From contig JABCTZ010000039.1 in NCBI GenBank assembly GCA_018238155.1, positions 1 through 59,792 on the forward strand: DNA of 59,792 nucleotides. Direction: 5' to 3'. Positions 1 to 9,201 of this stretch are shown here, piece after piece. Below the pieces are notes generated by a model that saw nothing but the letters and a program-made list of their open reading frames with translations, searched no databases and had not been told where the DNA came from. Origin of the DNA: Candidatus Heimdallarchaeota archaeon (GTDB lineage: Archaea > Asgardarchaeota > Heimdallarchaeia > JABLTI01). A program made the position numbers and the translations under genes. The stretch's first letter is position 1, and every line of letters starts with the position of its first letter.

Positions 1-127
1 TAAAATAACGAAAACGCAAGAGAGTTCTTGCAACTTAAAATTTGTAGTCAATCTCATAAAACCCCTAAATACTTAGTAAAAAAGTGTCTATTTAGAATAA
101 TAAAGGATTTGATAAAAATGAAAAAAA

Positions 128-160
128 TGGTGGACGGGATGGAATTTGAATCCACAGGCC
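128..160 (-). repeat. Degenerate copy of the tRNA-Ala(GGC) 3' end (distal att/target-site duplication)
   Basis: tggtggacgggatggaatttgaatccacaggcc vs tRNA 13275-13306 tggtggaccggatggaatttgaatccacggcc: one substitution plus a 1-nt insertion. Confidence 0.85.
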
Positions 161-704
161 CATCTATAATTGAATCATTTTAAAACTCTAAAACGAACTT
201 TAATTTTTGGAACGGACAGCTCCTAAGCGTTTAGGCATTAACAAGATTCTAAAGTTTCATAATGCTAGAACGATTTTTCTTACCGTCAACTTGATCATTA
301 AAGTGGAACGGGATTTAGAAAGACCCCCTAGGATTAAATTGGAAAAAATTTCAAATAAAAAGTATTGAAAGAATAATTCTTACAAAGAAATTAAATGGAA
401 GAAAAAAATTGGAGGACTCGGGTTTACCTCTATTAGATCAGATAAATAGAGATTGAGTACAATCTATTCAAAAATAGCAGTAACTAAATCAGGAATATCA
501 CCAAACTTTGCTGAAGATTTTGAATTGTTCCTTCTTTCTTGGAGGGATGAGCAGAAGTGAAAACAAGATGGAAATAAATGATAGATAAAAGAAAATTTGA
601 CTTTCCATGTGGGGTTATTCAATAAAATTATGTATAAATTTTTGGTTTTGAAAATCTAAAAATGACAATTCACTAAAAAATAAAAAAAAAGGATAGGATT
701 GATA

Positions 705-1838
705 TCAACCAACAATACCATCACTATCAATACAATCAGAAACAAAATCAGTTAGATACATTGCTATTGCAGCCATTGTTACAATAATTCTAATTGCAGT
801 TGCAGCACCTGACGCGGTTATCGCATCTACAAAAGCTTCCGCACCAATAATTATTCCAGCAAGAACTAAATAGAGCAAAACAAGAGACCATTCTGCATCA
901 GTTGCATTAGCTAATGCACTTCCAAAACTCTCTGCGATTTCACCCGCAGCACTGCAGACATGCTCAAAAAATTCAGCCCCTGTCATATCACCATTTACAT
1001 AATAGGCAAATCCAATTAAAAAGTATGATATCGCATATTGATAGAATCCCACAGCTGTTTTCGTGACCAAGCTAAATTCTGCAGGAACAGCAGGAGCTCC
1101 GATTATTAAATTTAAAACTAAAACAATTAGCATTACTAAATGCCAAGATAGCTCAATGCCACTTAATTGGAAAAAAACATAACCTGTAGTAAACTGAGTA
1201 ACATAAAATGTTGATGGAAAATTAAATGATATAGAACTTCCACCACCACTTCCATCATCTAAATCAAATAATGGATTAAAATCAACATCACCCCTAATCA
1301 GGGAATTCTGATATGCCATTACTTTAGTTAGAACTAACTCAGATCTAGTAAGAATATACGCAGAAATTAAACCGCCTAGATTTGAATCAATTTTACCATA
1401 AAAGGTAAGTGCATCATTTTCTGTTAAATCGGTTTGTTGAATAATTTCATTAGAATGGCAGGATAGTATTATATCTTTTGAGCGAGATTTCTCAATTTCA
1501 TTTGAAAAATCATTCCATTTTATTAATTCTTTATTAATTGATATTCCTTTTATAGATCCATGACCGATCCAAATAATCGGTTGCAAGATTCTATTTGATA
1601 TTAAAAGAAATTTGAATGAATTATATTTTAGAATGCTAATTCCTTTTACATTTTCTTGTAGAACCCTACTTGCTGATTTAATAGAAGCATCTTCATCAAG
1701 TTGAACAACAATGGTTCCTGGAACACTTGTTGATAAAGCTTGGATAAAAATAACACTCGATATTAGGCTCGATATTATCAAAATTAAGGAGAATAACCTC
1801 ACATGTTTATATCTACTAGAAATCATTAAAGTCACCAC
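705..1838 (-). CDS. Secreted precursor: signal peptide, caspase-fold-like His/Cys domain, Gly linker, hydrophobic C-terminal domain (putative polymorphic toxin)
   Basis: N-terminal hydrophobic segment; IIWIGHGS...DIILSCHS; LDDGSGGGSS linker; Ala/Gly-rich hydrophobic helices; paralogous to 17657-18727 and 58473-59648. Confidence 0.65.
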   Translation of the reverse strand: MVTLMISSRYKHVRLFSLILIISSLISSVIFIQALSTSVPGTIVVQLDEDASIKSASRVLQENVKGISILKYNSFKFLLISNRILQPIIWIGHGSIKGISINKELIKWNDFSNEIEKSRSKDIILSCHSNEIIQQTDLTENDALTFYGKIDSNLGGLISAYILTRSELVLTKVMAYQNSLIRGDVDFNPLFDLDDGSGGGSSISFNFPSTFYVTQFTTGYVFFQLSGIELSWHLVMLIVLVLNLIIGAPAVPAEFSLVTKTAVGFYQYAISYFLIGFAYYVNGDMTGAEFFEHVCSAAGEIAESFGSALANATDAEWSLVLLYLVLAGIIIGAEAFVDAITASGAATAIRIIVTMAAIAMYLTDFVSDCIDSDGIVG

Positions 1839-1970
1839 TTTTTTCCCAATTAGCCCTTTTCATTAAAAGCTAATTAATATAAGAAAAGCAAATATGTATT
1901 AAAAGATTATGCACATAATATTAAATAGACATGCAGGAAGAATAGCATCATCAATGAGAGGGTTAAACTA

Positions 1971-2855
1971 TTGAAAAGATTAGACACTTATATTACATCT
2001 TATAGGAAAACGGGATTTGCTATTAAATCAGATCAGAAAAAAAAAGCATTGTTTATGAAAACGAGAATAAGACTTATGCCAATTTTCTTAATTGCTTTTC
2101 TAATTGTTGCGGGTTTTGGATTATTTAATATTTTTTTCACTCTACAAGTTATATTGAAATTTGTAATTGCATACTCTTCAGCATTGTCACTTTATTATAT
2201 TGTAATAATAGATTATAATACTGCAATGGATTGGCAAAGTTACTCTACAAGAAATGAAAGTATTAAAGGAAAAATTTTACATTCAATTAAAGAAGGTGTA
2301 ATTTTGTTCGGTATTTCTATGATAATTATCGGGATAATTTACTTAATTCGTTTACCTCAAAACTTAGAAACCTCATTATTAGAAAAAATAACTGGAGATG
2401 AAACACCTTTAAGTTATATGCCAAATACTATAGAGACAATTTTGCTTGCGGGAATAATTTTGTTAACGTTAATTTCAATAATAGCTTATATCAGATGGTT
2501 TTACCTAAGAGGTATAAAAATCACTGGTTATTTTAAAGATAAAGAAAGAATAAAAATTGATTTAAAACCATTAATCTATTGGGGGATAAATCAACTTGTG
2601 TGGTGTTTCATGCTCCCAATTTTAGATGTAATATTTATAGAAACAAGATATCCAGAGACATCTTCAAGATACGAATTTTTTAAGAACATTTTCGCTTCAA
2701 AACCATATATGCTCTTAATAATTCAACTTAGTATTATTCTGTTATTAACAGCTTTTTATTTTATTGATGGGTTTATTGTAAACAAAAGAAGAAAGAATTT
2801 TGTGGAACTTAACTTAATAGATATGGTCAACAATGAAGAAGAGTTTCTGCAATAA
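1971..2855 (+). CDS. Multi-pass membrane protein (candidate immunity partner); true start may be ~2055
   Basis: 294 aa ORF with about 6 hydrophobic segments, divergent from 705-1838 inside the cassette. Confidence 0.7.
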   Translation: MKRLDTYITSYRKTGFAIKSDQKKKALFMKTRIRLMPIFLIAFLIVAGFGLFNIFFTLQVILKFVIAYSSALSLYYIVIIDYNTAMDWQSYSTRNESIKGKILHSIKEGVILFGISMIIIGIIYLIRLPQNLETSLLEKITGDETPLSYMPNTIETILLAGIILLTLISIIAYIRWFYLRGIKITGYFKDKERIKIDLKPLIYWGINQLVWCFMLPILDVIFIETRYPETSSRYEFFKNIFASKPYMLLIIQLSIILLLTAFYFIDGFIVNKRRKNFVELNLIDMVNNEEEFLQ

Positions 2856-3019
2856 TAATTTACTCAATTGGAAAATAATGTTGGATAATCATATTTGATA
2901 AGATAAATTGGATTGAATACAGACTGTACAAAAAAACAGAAAAATAGTAATTGATTACCAATGAAAAAAGAGAACGAAAGAGAAGAAAGAGTTAAAGAAA
3001 CGGAAAAGAGAAAAGAAAC

Positions 3020-3050
3020 TGGTGGACCGGTTGGAATTTGAATCCACGGC
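3020..3050 (-). repeat. Copy of the tRNA-Ala(GGC) 3' 31 nt (att/target-site duplication)
   Basis: tggtggaccggttggaatttgaatccacggc matches 13275-13305 at 30/31 positions. Confidence 0.95.
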
Positions 3051-3107
3051 TTAATATCAAGTTTTAAAATAGAGCCACTCGCGAACAAAATTCTACTTAT
3101 GATTCAA

Positions 3108-3980
3108 TTAACTTGACAGATTAGCAAGCAGTAACTGAAAGTCTCTGTCCGATTTAAGAAAGGAAAAAGCTTCTTCTTTGGAAATTTTTTCCAAGAGTGG
3201 AAAGTCTCTACTCATAGCAAGTCGTAAAGTTTCCATAGTGAATTCTTTATCCTTTTTGAGAGCATAAACAACTGCAATTTCATAGGCAATTGAAGGATCA
3301 TACACCAATGCCTTGTTTGCTAACCAAAGACATTCTAAACTCTCATCATAATCACCTAAAGCTTTGTAGCAAAGTCCTAAATTGCACAAATAATCACCAT
3401 TGAAAGGATCGTTATTACTAGCATTTGTTAAGCACTTCCTTTCTTCCTGTGCATTTCCTTGTTTGTGATGGATAAGGGAGAGATTGAACCAAATAGAAGC
3501 ATTCGATGGTTCAAGTGTTGTTGCTTTCTGAAGAAACTCTAAAGCTTTAGTAAGCTGATCCTTTTCACTATAATAAACTCCAAGAGCAGCTAAGGCAATA
3601 ACATTCAAAGGATCTAATGACAAAATTTCTTCACAGATTTGTTTAATTTTATCTAGTGGACCAAAAAAGTCATAATACATACAAAGGTTTGTTAGATTTT
3701 CAATAGCAGTAGGATCTAGTTGATATGCAGTATCTAGAAACCCCTTTGCAGTGGAAATGTCATCATATTTTAAATGGTACGCTCCAAGCTTGGCATATCC
3801 AACTGCTTGGTCAGGCAAAAGAGCAATTGCTTGTTGGAGCGCTTCCTCAGCTTTAGTAAACCTACGAAGACACAATAAATGATCACTGAGCATAAGGAGC
3901 TCAAAATATTGAGGTGTCTTCTGTTCAAATTCAATCATCGACAAACCAGAGACGTAAGGAGGAATCTTTCTATTTAACAA
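3108..3980 (-). CDS. Tetratricopeptide repeat protein
   Basis: Repeated TPR-like units (e.g. ALEFLQKATTLEPSNASIWFNLS, YLCNLGLCYKALGDYDES). Confidence 0.9.
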   Translation of the reverse strand: MLNRKIPPYVSGLSMIEFEQKTPQYFELLMLSDHLLCLRRFTKAEEALQQAIALLPDQAVGYAKLGAYHLKYDDISTAKGFLDTAYQLDPTAIENLTNLCMYYDFFGPLDKIKQICEEILSLDPLNVIALAALGVYYSEKDQLTKALEFLQKATTLEPSNASIWFNLSLIHHKQGNAQEERKCLTNASNNDPFNGDYLCNLGLCYKALGDYDESLECLWLANKALVYDPSIAYEIAVVYALKKDKEFTMETLRLAMSRDFPLLEKISKEEAFSFLKSDRDFQLLLANLSS

Positions 3981-4101
3981 TTATTAACAACCTTCAGGAA
4001 ATGCTAAGAAAACACTAAGAAAAATCCTTTATAAAAGACTAAATAGAAAAGCCAAAGAGGATATTGTAGTATTTTTGCTAGATTGTCATTTTAACCTCAA
4101 A

Positions 4102-4269
4102 TTATTTCTCTTCAGGTTCTTCTTTTCTACAACGAAAATGACCATTTTCGAGTGTAACTAGTATTATATCTCCTTTCTTTATCTCAAGCTCTTGAGCAAT
4201 TTCTTTTGGAATGTTAACCATCAATGTTCTATTAAGGTTAGCTACTTTTCGCCTAAATTTTACTGGCAT
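4102..4269 (-). CDS. AbrB/MazE/SpoVT-family DNA-binding protein (55 aa, missing from the ORF track)
   Basis: Manual translation MPVKFRRKVANLNRTLMVNIPKEIAQELEIKKGDIILVTLENGHFRCRKEEPEEK contains the swapped-hairpin signature vxIPkeiaxxLxixxGD. Confidence 0.85.
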   Translation of the reverse strand: MPVKFRRKVANLNRTLMVNIPKEIAQELEIKKGDIILVTLENGHFRCRKEEPEEK

Positions 4270-4287
4270 AATTAATACCCTAGTCTA

Positions 4288-4353
4288 TTATAGGCAGCCA
4301 TAAACTTTAAATATTCCTCTTGCCTATAATATAGTTATAGGCAGATTATAGGT
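4288..4353. promoter_or_regulatory. Repeated TTATAGGCA boxes in a divergent promoter (putative operator)
   Basis: ttataggca at 4288-4296 and 4335-4343, inverted tgcctataa at 4321-4329, partial ttatagg at 4346-4352. Confidence 0.6.
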
Positions 4354-6490
4354 GTTGTTATTGAAAAAAGAATTAGATAAAGTCAAAAGGAAGAAACTGC
4401 TTTACAGCTATAAACAACCAAGCGGAGGAACAGCATTCGAAGTTTATACTGATGGGACTCTGATAGTCAAAACAAAGATAACAAGTAATGGGCTTAATAT
4501 ACCTAAAATGGCTGAAATCTATTTTGATTGCTCAAAGTTAGAAAAAAAATCACAGAACATTCCAACCACTTGGGAAATTAAACGAGAAAATGGGAAAACT
4601 GAAGTCGTTCAAGGAAAAAGCAAAATCGGAGTTTACAAGAATTCATATTTCATTCAACAAATTGCAGATGAAGGTTACAGAAAAATCAAAACCAGAATAA
4701 GAGCAACTTGTACAATTCAGGTTATTTCAAAACGGTTCCATACATCATTTTTTCAAAAGCTTGCTAAACTTAGAGATAATATGTTGTTAGAATCCAGAGA
4801 GAAACTGGAACCAATACTTTTTGGTGGAGAAAAAAATACCGAGTTCACTATCTATAGAAACTTTACAGGACAACTATTCATTTATAGTAAAGTAAGTTAT
4901 AATCAAAACAAAATCTTGCTTTCTGATGAAATAGCAAGATATATTGAAAATTGGCATAATAATCGAGAAGAATATTTTGTATGCTCTTTTAACGAACAAC
5001 CAGCAATGGTCGTGAAAGCAAAATCTCGACCAGGAAATAGAGAAGGAAGATCCTTCAAAGAAATCTTTTTTCATATTCAGGATATACCTGAAGAATCCTT
5101 TATTTATTTCACCAATATAGATTTGAAACTTTCAAAAAATGCCATACAAGACTTGCAACTCAAACAAAACTTGCTACAAAAAGGTTACTCTATAAAGCAA
5201 TTAACAACTAATTGGTTGGATAAACCAAAACATAAAAATGAAAATTTCGCGAGTGACGTTTGGACAATAATTAAACAAGCATTTACTGATAAGGAAGCTA
5301 AAATTTTCTCAGAGGTAAAAATAACATGCGCAAGTAAAGAAGAACAAACGAAGGTTGTTGATGGTCTCTTAGTGAGTGAGAAATTTTTAGGTTTAATAGA
5401 GATTAAAACTTCAGAGAAAATTAAAAATACTGTTTTAGATGAAGTCATTGGTGAGCTGGCATTACTACAAGAACAGCTTGGGAGCAAGAAAAACTTTATC
5501 TTGTTTTTTATCAATGCAGAAGTGATAGCATCAAAATTAAAGAAAAACATTACAAAACTCTATGGGATGGAACATAATATCATCTTAGTAGGTAAAAAAG
5601 AACTAAGTGTTCTTCTCATGAATCCAAAATTGTTATTAGAAAGAGTGAGAGAGCATTTGTATTTACTGGATGAGAAATCAAGCCAATCTCAAATTTATCA
5701 TCCTACTGAATTAACACTAACATCAAAAGAATCTCTCGAAAAACAGGCATACAGTCTTTTGGAAAAACTTTCGTTAAACTCACATGAATCACTCTCACTT
5801 ATTGAACAATACTGTTTCTTAATGAATATTGAAAAGTCAGATTTCTTCAAACTCTACAAACTGTTAAATGAACAACTTAGCAAAAAAATTGCTTCTGTGA
5901 AAGATTTGTCTATTCGACGAATGCTTTCATCAAGACATATCTTTGATTGTGAAATTTTACTATTACTCCATACAGAGCTTTCTCTTAATAGCAATTATTT
6001 GATTTTAGAAGAAGAGAAAAACAAAGGGTTAAAGTTTGCAGAAGAATATAGCATTTTATTACGAAATTGGAATGTCATCATGAACTCCTTGCCATCAATG
6101 TGTCGAATCCTTGGGTTTAAAATTTTGCAATCAGGCACAGGAATCGTTTTTGAAAGGCAGGTTCTAAAACTCTTAGAAAGAGAAGGATATCAAGTGGTTT
6201 CTAATGTTTTGCTTTCACTACATGGAAAACATTTCGAAATTGATCATTTAGTGTTTAAAAATGACTCAATGGAAATAATCAGCTGTAAGGATCGAAGCCA
6301 TTACCAATACATTCCAAATCTCTATTCAAAAATAGCATTAGCATTGGGACAAGTGATTCTTTATAGGAGAATTTTTAAAAAATCAAACGGACAACTATTC
6401 GTTAGAGTGAAAAAAAGCGACCAGAAGGAGTTACAGAAGAGGTTCAGAAATTTCTTCGCGACTAATTATTCGCTTGTTTTTACTATATAG
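4352..6490 (+). CDS. Large protein with two PD-(D/E)XK nuclease-like domains
   Basis: VVDGLLVSEKFLGLIEIKTS; C-terminal Mrr/NERD-like GIVFERQVLKLLEREGY...FEIDHLVF...IISCKD. Confidence 0.65.
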   Translation: MLLLKKELDKVKRKKLLYSYKQPSGGTAFEVYTDGTLIVKTKITSNGLNIPKMAEIYFDCSKLEKKSQNIPTTWEIKRENGKTEVVQGKSKIGVYKNSYFIQQIADEGYRKIKTRIRATCTIQVISKRFHTSFFQKLAKLRDNMLLESREKLEPILFGGEKNTEFTIYRNFTGQLFIYSKVSYNQNKILLSDEIARYIENWHNNREEYFVCSFNEQPAMVVKAKSRPGNREGRSFKEIFFHIQDIPEESFIYFTNIDLKLSKNAIQDLQLKQNLLQKGYSIKQLTTNWLDKPKHKNENFASDVWTIIKQAFTDKEAKIFSEVKITCASKEEQTKVVDGLLVSEKFLGLIEIKTSEKIKNTVLDEVIGELALLQEQLGSKKNFILFFINAEVIASKLKKNITKLYGMEHNIILVGKKELSVLLMNPKLLLERVREHLYLLDEKSSQSQIYHPTELTLTSKESLEKQAYSLLEKLSLNSHESLSLIEQYCFLMNIEKSDFFKLYKLLNEQLSKKIASVKDLSIRRMLSSRHIFDCEILLLLHTELSLNSNYLILEEEKNKGLKFAEEYSILLRNWNVIMNSLPSMCRILGFKILQSGTGIVFERQVLKLLEREGYQVVSNVLLSLHGKHFEIDHLVFKNDSMEIISCKDRSHYQYIPNLYSKIALALGQVILYRRIFKKSNGQLFVRVKKSDQKELQKRFRNFFATNYSLVFTI

Positions 6491-6505
6491 GTTGTTGACA
6501 CGTAA

Positions 6506-7183
6506 ATGCCTTTCCTTCGAAAAAAGATTCAAGAAACGCTCTCTGAAAATATCTCGCAGAAAATATTTCAATTAGAACTTGCAGATGAATCATTTATTGA
6601 ATTACTAAATGAGCTATTAGTAATCCTTTCAGTAGATGAACTTAATCTTCTACTTGAATTTGCTGTTGAGGACGAGGAATGGTCATCTGAGAAAAAAATC
6701 CTGCTCTTACAAGAACTTCTAAGCAATCAGAACTCAGTTATCTGTGAAAAGGCGATCATTTATCTTGAACCATTCATTGGGAAAAAAATCATCCCTCTCA
6801 TTGAACACCTTGTTACCAACCAATCACATGGGGTTCGTTCTCGAGTATTTTGGGTGTTAGCTAAATATGCCACAGAACGCGATTTGACTCTAGAGATAAT
6901 CGATGAATTAAAAACCGCTTCAGAAGATAATGAGCAAATCTTTCTTGCAGCAGCACTCTACCAGAGAAATAATTCTGCTTCCTCTCTCGAGATGCGATTT
7001 CTAAAAGATTACTATATCCAACAATTTTATGACCCTAAAATCGATGAACTGAAGGTAAGCTTAGTTGGCAAACAAGGTTTAGCTGCGAAAGTAATAGGTC
7101 TTATCCTCTGGGAGGCTGGAATAGAACTCTATTCTACAGGATCATTACAAAGTGAGAATATGCTCTGGCTCATTGAAAAATGA
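6506..7183 (+). CDS. HEAT-repeat-like helical protein
   Basis: Leu-rich helical repeats (LVTNQSHGVRSRVFWVLAKY). Confidence 0.55.
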   Translation: MPFLRKKIQETLSENISQKIFQLELADESFIELLNELLVILSVDELNLLLEFAVEDEEWSSEKKILLLQELLSNQNSVICEKAIIYLEPFIGKKIIPLIEHLVTNQSHGVRSRVFWVLAKYATERDLTLEIIDELKTASEDNEQIFLAAALYQRNNSASSLEMRFLKDYYIQQFYDPKIDELKVSLVGKQGLAAKVIGLILWEAGIELYSTGSLQSENMLWLIEK

Positions 7184-7242
7184 TAAAAACTACTTTTGTG
7201 CTGTAAGTTTAAGTAGTCAAACACCTCAAAGCTAATGATAAA

Positions 7243-8931
7243 ATGTGTGTGTTTTGGTGTTACTTATTGACTCCTCTTACCTGGCAAAATGATCCCTCAT
7301 TGCTCGATTCTGAACCCACTCCAGTGAATGAATGGCTCACAGCTAACAATCTTTTATCAATGGAATTGCACGGGAATAACTCAAATGCTAATAAAAACCT
7401 TGCTTCGATTGAAAGCAATTGGTTTTCTTCTTGTAATAATAGTGTTTGTTCGTTGAACCTGTATTCTATTCTCGTGCGGAAAATCGACTTTGTTCGAGAA
7501 AAAACTAGTGACAGGATTCTTGCCAGGTTTCCTTTTCTCGTTCTCTCAGAAGAAGAAAATGAGTTGATTCAAAAGAATATCTTACTGATTGCTGAATGTG
7601 CGCGAGATTATTTCTACAAATCGATCAATTCCAGTATTATGGATTGGAAGAGGAGATTATTGACTTATCTTAAGCGAGGAGCAATGCCTTATCCTCTCTA
7701 CCGTTGTGCTTGTGAGATTTTAAAACGTCAATTAGTTAATCCGGAAGTAGAATCATTAACTTTTGAAAGTGCTCGTGGAAAACGATATGCTATTCCAACT
7801 AAGATTACACCAACAATTGCCTATCTCTGTGGCGTAATTAATGGTGATGGTCATCTTAGTACTCACTGGTTACGAGTGGTGGATGAAACAAAGGAGCATA
7901 TAGAATTGATTTCGAAACTATTTGAAAAACAATTCAATGATGCCGGAGAGATTTTCAAAACGAGAAATGCAAACGCTTGGAATGTAGAATTGCGTTCATC
8001 CTCAGCAGTTCGGTTATTCAATTTCTTGACGGACCAAACGATTCAGGGAGCAAAATATGACTCTTTGCGAGAGCCTTTAATATTCAGAGAATTAGGTGAA
8101 CCACATCGCAACCTTTACTGGAGAGGAGTAATGGATGCAGATGGTTCGTATAAAAACCACATCTCATTTGCAAGTGCAAGTAAGCTTTACACTGAGGATT
8201 TTCAACATTTCTTACAAATAATAAATATTAGAAGTAAAATTTATCAAATGAAGAATGGATCTTATTTGCTAACAATTCCAATTGATTTCAAATTACCTTT
8301 TGCAAAACAGATAGGAGTACTTAATCCTAAGAAAAAACAAGATTTTTGTAAATTGCTACAAAGAAAGTCTATCGTTTTTAATGGTCTTGATGAGAAAAAC
8401 ATCACTTCTAATGGTTTTTTTGATTTAACTAAAATAAGCCCTCTCTATGTCAAAGGATTATCTAATATCCTAAGAGAATTTCGTAAGGATAAAACATATA
8501 CTGCTATCGAGCACGAATTATCTTTAACTAGAGGACAATATTTCTATTATGAACAAGGAACAAGAGCAATTCCATTTGAACTATTATTTCAGTTACTTGA
8601 TATCCAATCTTTGGATTCAAATTCGCTTATGCAAAAACTTGATACGCTAGAAGAGAGCATAATTTTTCAATCTTCAACTTCTACACTCATAAGGTTACCT
8701 TTGAAACCAACATCAGATGTTATCTTAGTTATGAGTCATTTACATCCTCTAAGTAATTGGACTCGAATCGTTCAACCAACACAAAAAATTAAGGATAAAA
8801 TACAAGAATTATTTGGAATATGTGCAAAGTCAAATCGAATACGTGGAAATATCTTACTTAGATTTCTTACTACATTTGGTGATTATACAACAATTAATGT
8901 AAAAGAACTTGTTATTGATGATGTTTTATAA
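7243..8931 (+). CDS. LAGLIDADG endonuclease-like protein with C-terminal HTH
   Basis: Two LAGLIDADG helices (AYLCGVINGDG, YWRGVMDADGS) and XRE-like TYTAIEHELSLTRGQYFYYEQG; start uncertain. Confidence 0.8.
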   Translation: MCVFWCYLLTPLTWQNDPSLLDSEPTPVNEWLTANNLLSMELHGNNSNANKNLASIESNWFSSCNNSVCSLNLYSILVRKIDFVREKTSDRILARFPFLVLSEEENELIQKNILLIAECARDYFYKSINSSIMDWKRRLLTYLKRGAMPYPLYRCACEILKRQLVNPEVESLTFESARGKRYAIPTKITPTIAYLCGVINGDGHLSTHWLRVVDETKEHIELISKLFEKQFNDAGEIFKTRNANAWNVELRSSSAVRLFNFLTDQTIQGAKYDSLREPLIFRELGEPHRNLYWRGVMDADGSYKNHISFASASKLYTEDFQHFLQIINIRSKIYQMKNGSYLLTIPIDFKLPFAKQIGVLNPKKKQDFCKLLQRKSIVFNGLDEKNITSNGFFDLTKISPLYVKGLSNILREFRKDKTYTAIEHELSLTRGQYFYYEQGTRAIPFELLFQLLDIQSLDSNSLMQKLDTLEESIIFQSSTSTLIRLPLKPTSDVILVMSHLHPLSNWTRIVQPTQKIKDKIQELFGICAKSNRIRGNILLRFLTTFGDYTTINVKELVIDDVL

Positions 8932-9201
8932 AAAGTCATTCAAATTCCCACGTAGATATTACTAAAATGTAGGAGAGAGGTATTTCCGCAGCATTTTTGT
9001 TACTTAGATGGCTCTAGATGAGTTTTTTCTCATTCTTAGCGGAATGTTTTTTTCGAAAGTCCGAAAAAATATCCTTTCTCTTCGAAAACATTCGAAAGTC
9101 CGATTTTTTTCCACTAAAATTGGTCAAAAAAAGCTTGAAAAACGTTTTTTCAAATGCTACATAGAGAGTACGTTTTTGAGTGAAAATTATGCTTTTTTTC
9201 C

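Larger units (their letters stand above)
161..3019. mobile_element. ~2.9 kb cassette between two tRNA-Ala 3'-end duplications
   Basis: Bounded by repeats at 128-160 and 3020-3050. Its right end (acggaaaagagaaaa, taattgatta) resembles the right end of the 10 kb element. No mobility gene inside. Confidence 0.65.

Noticed and set aside
2864-3088. 74-aa ORF containing WIQIPTGPP
   Set aside because: It is a translation through the tRNA-derived repeat
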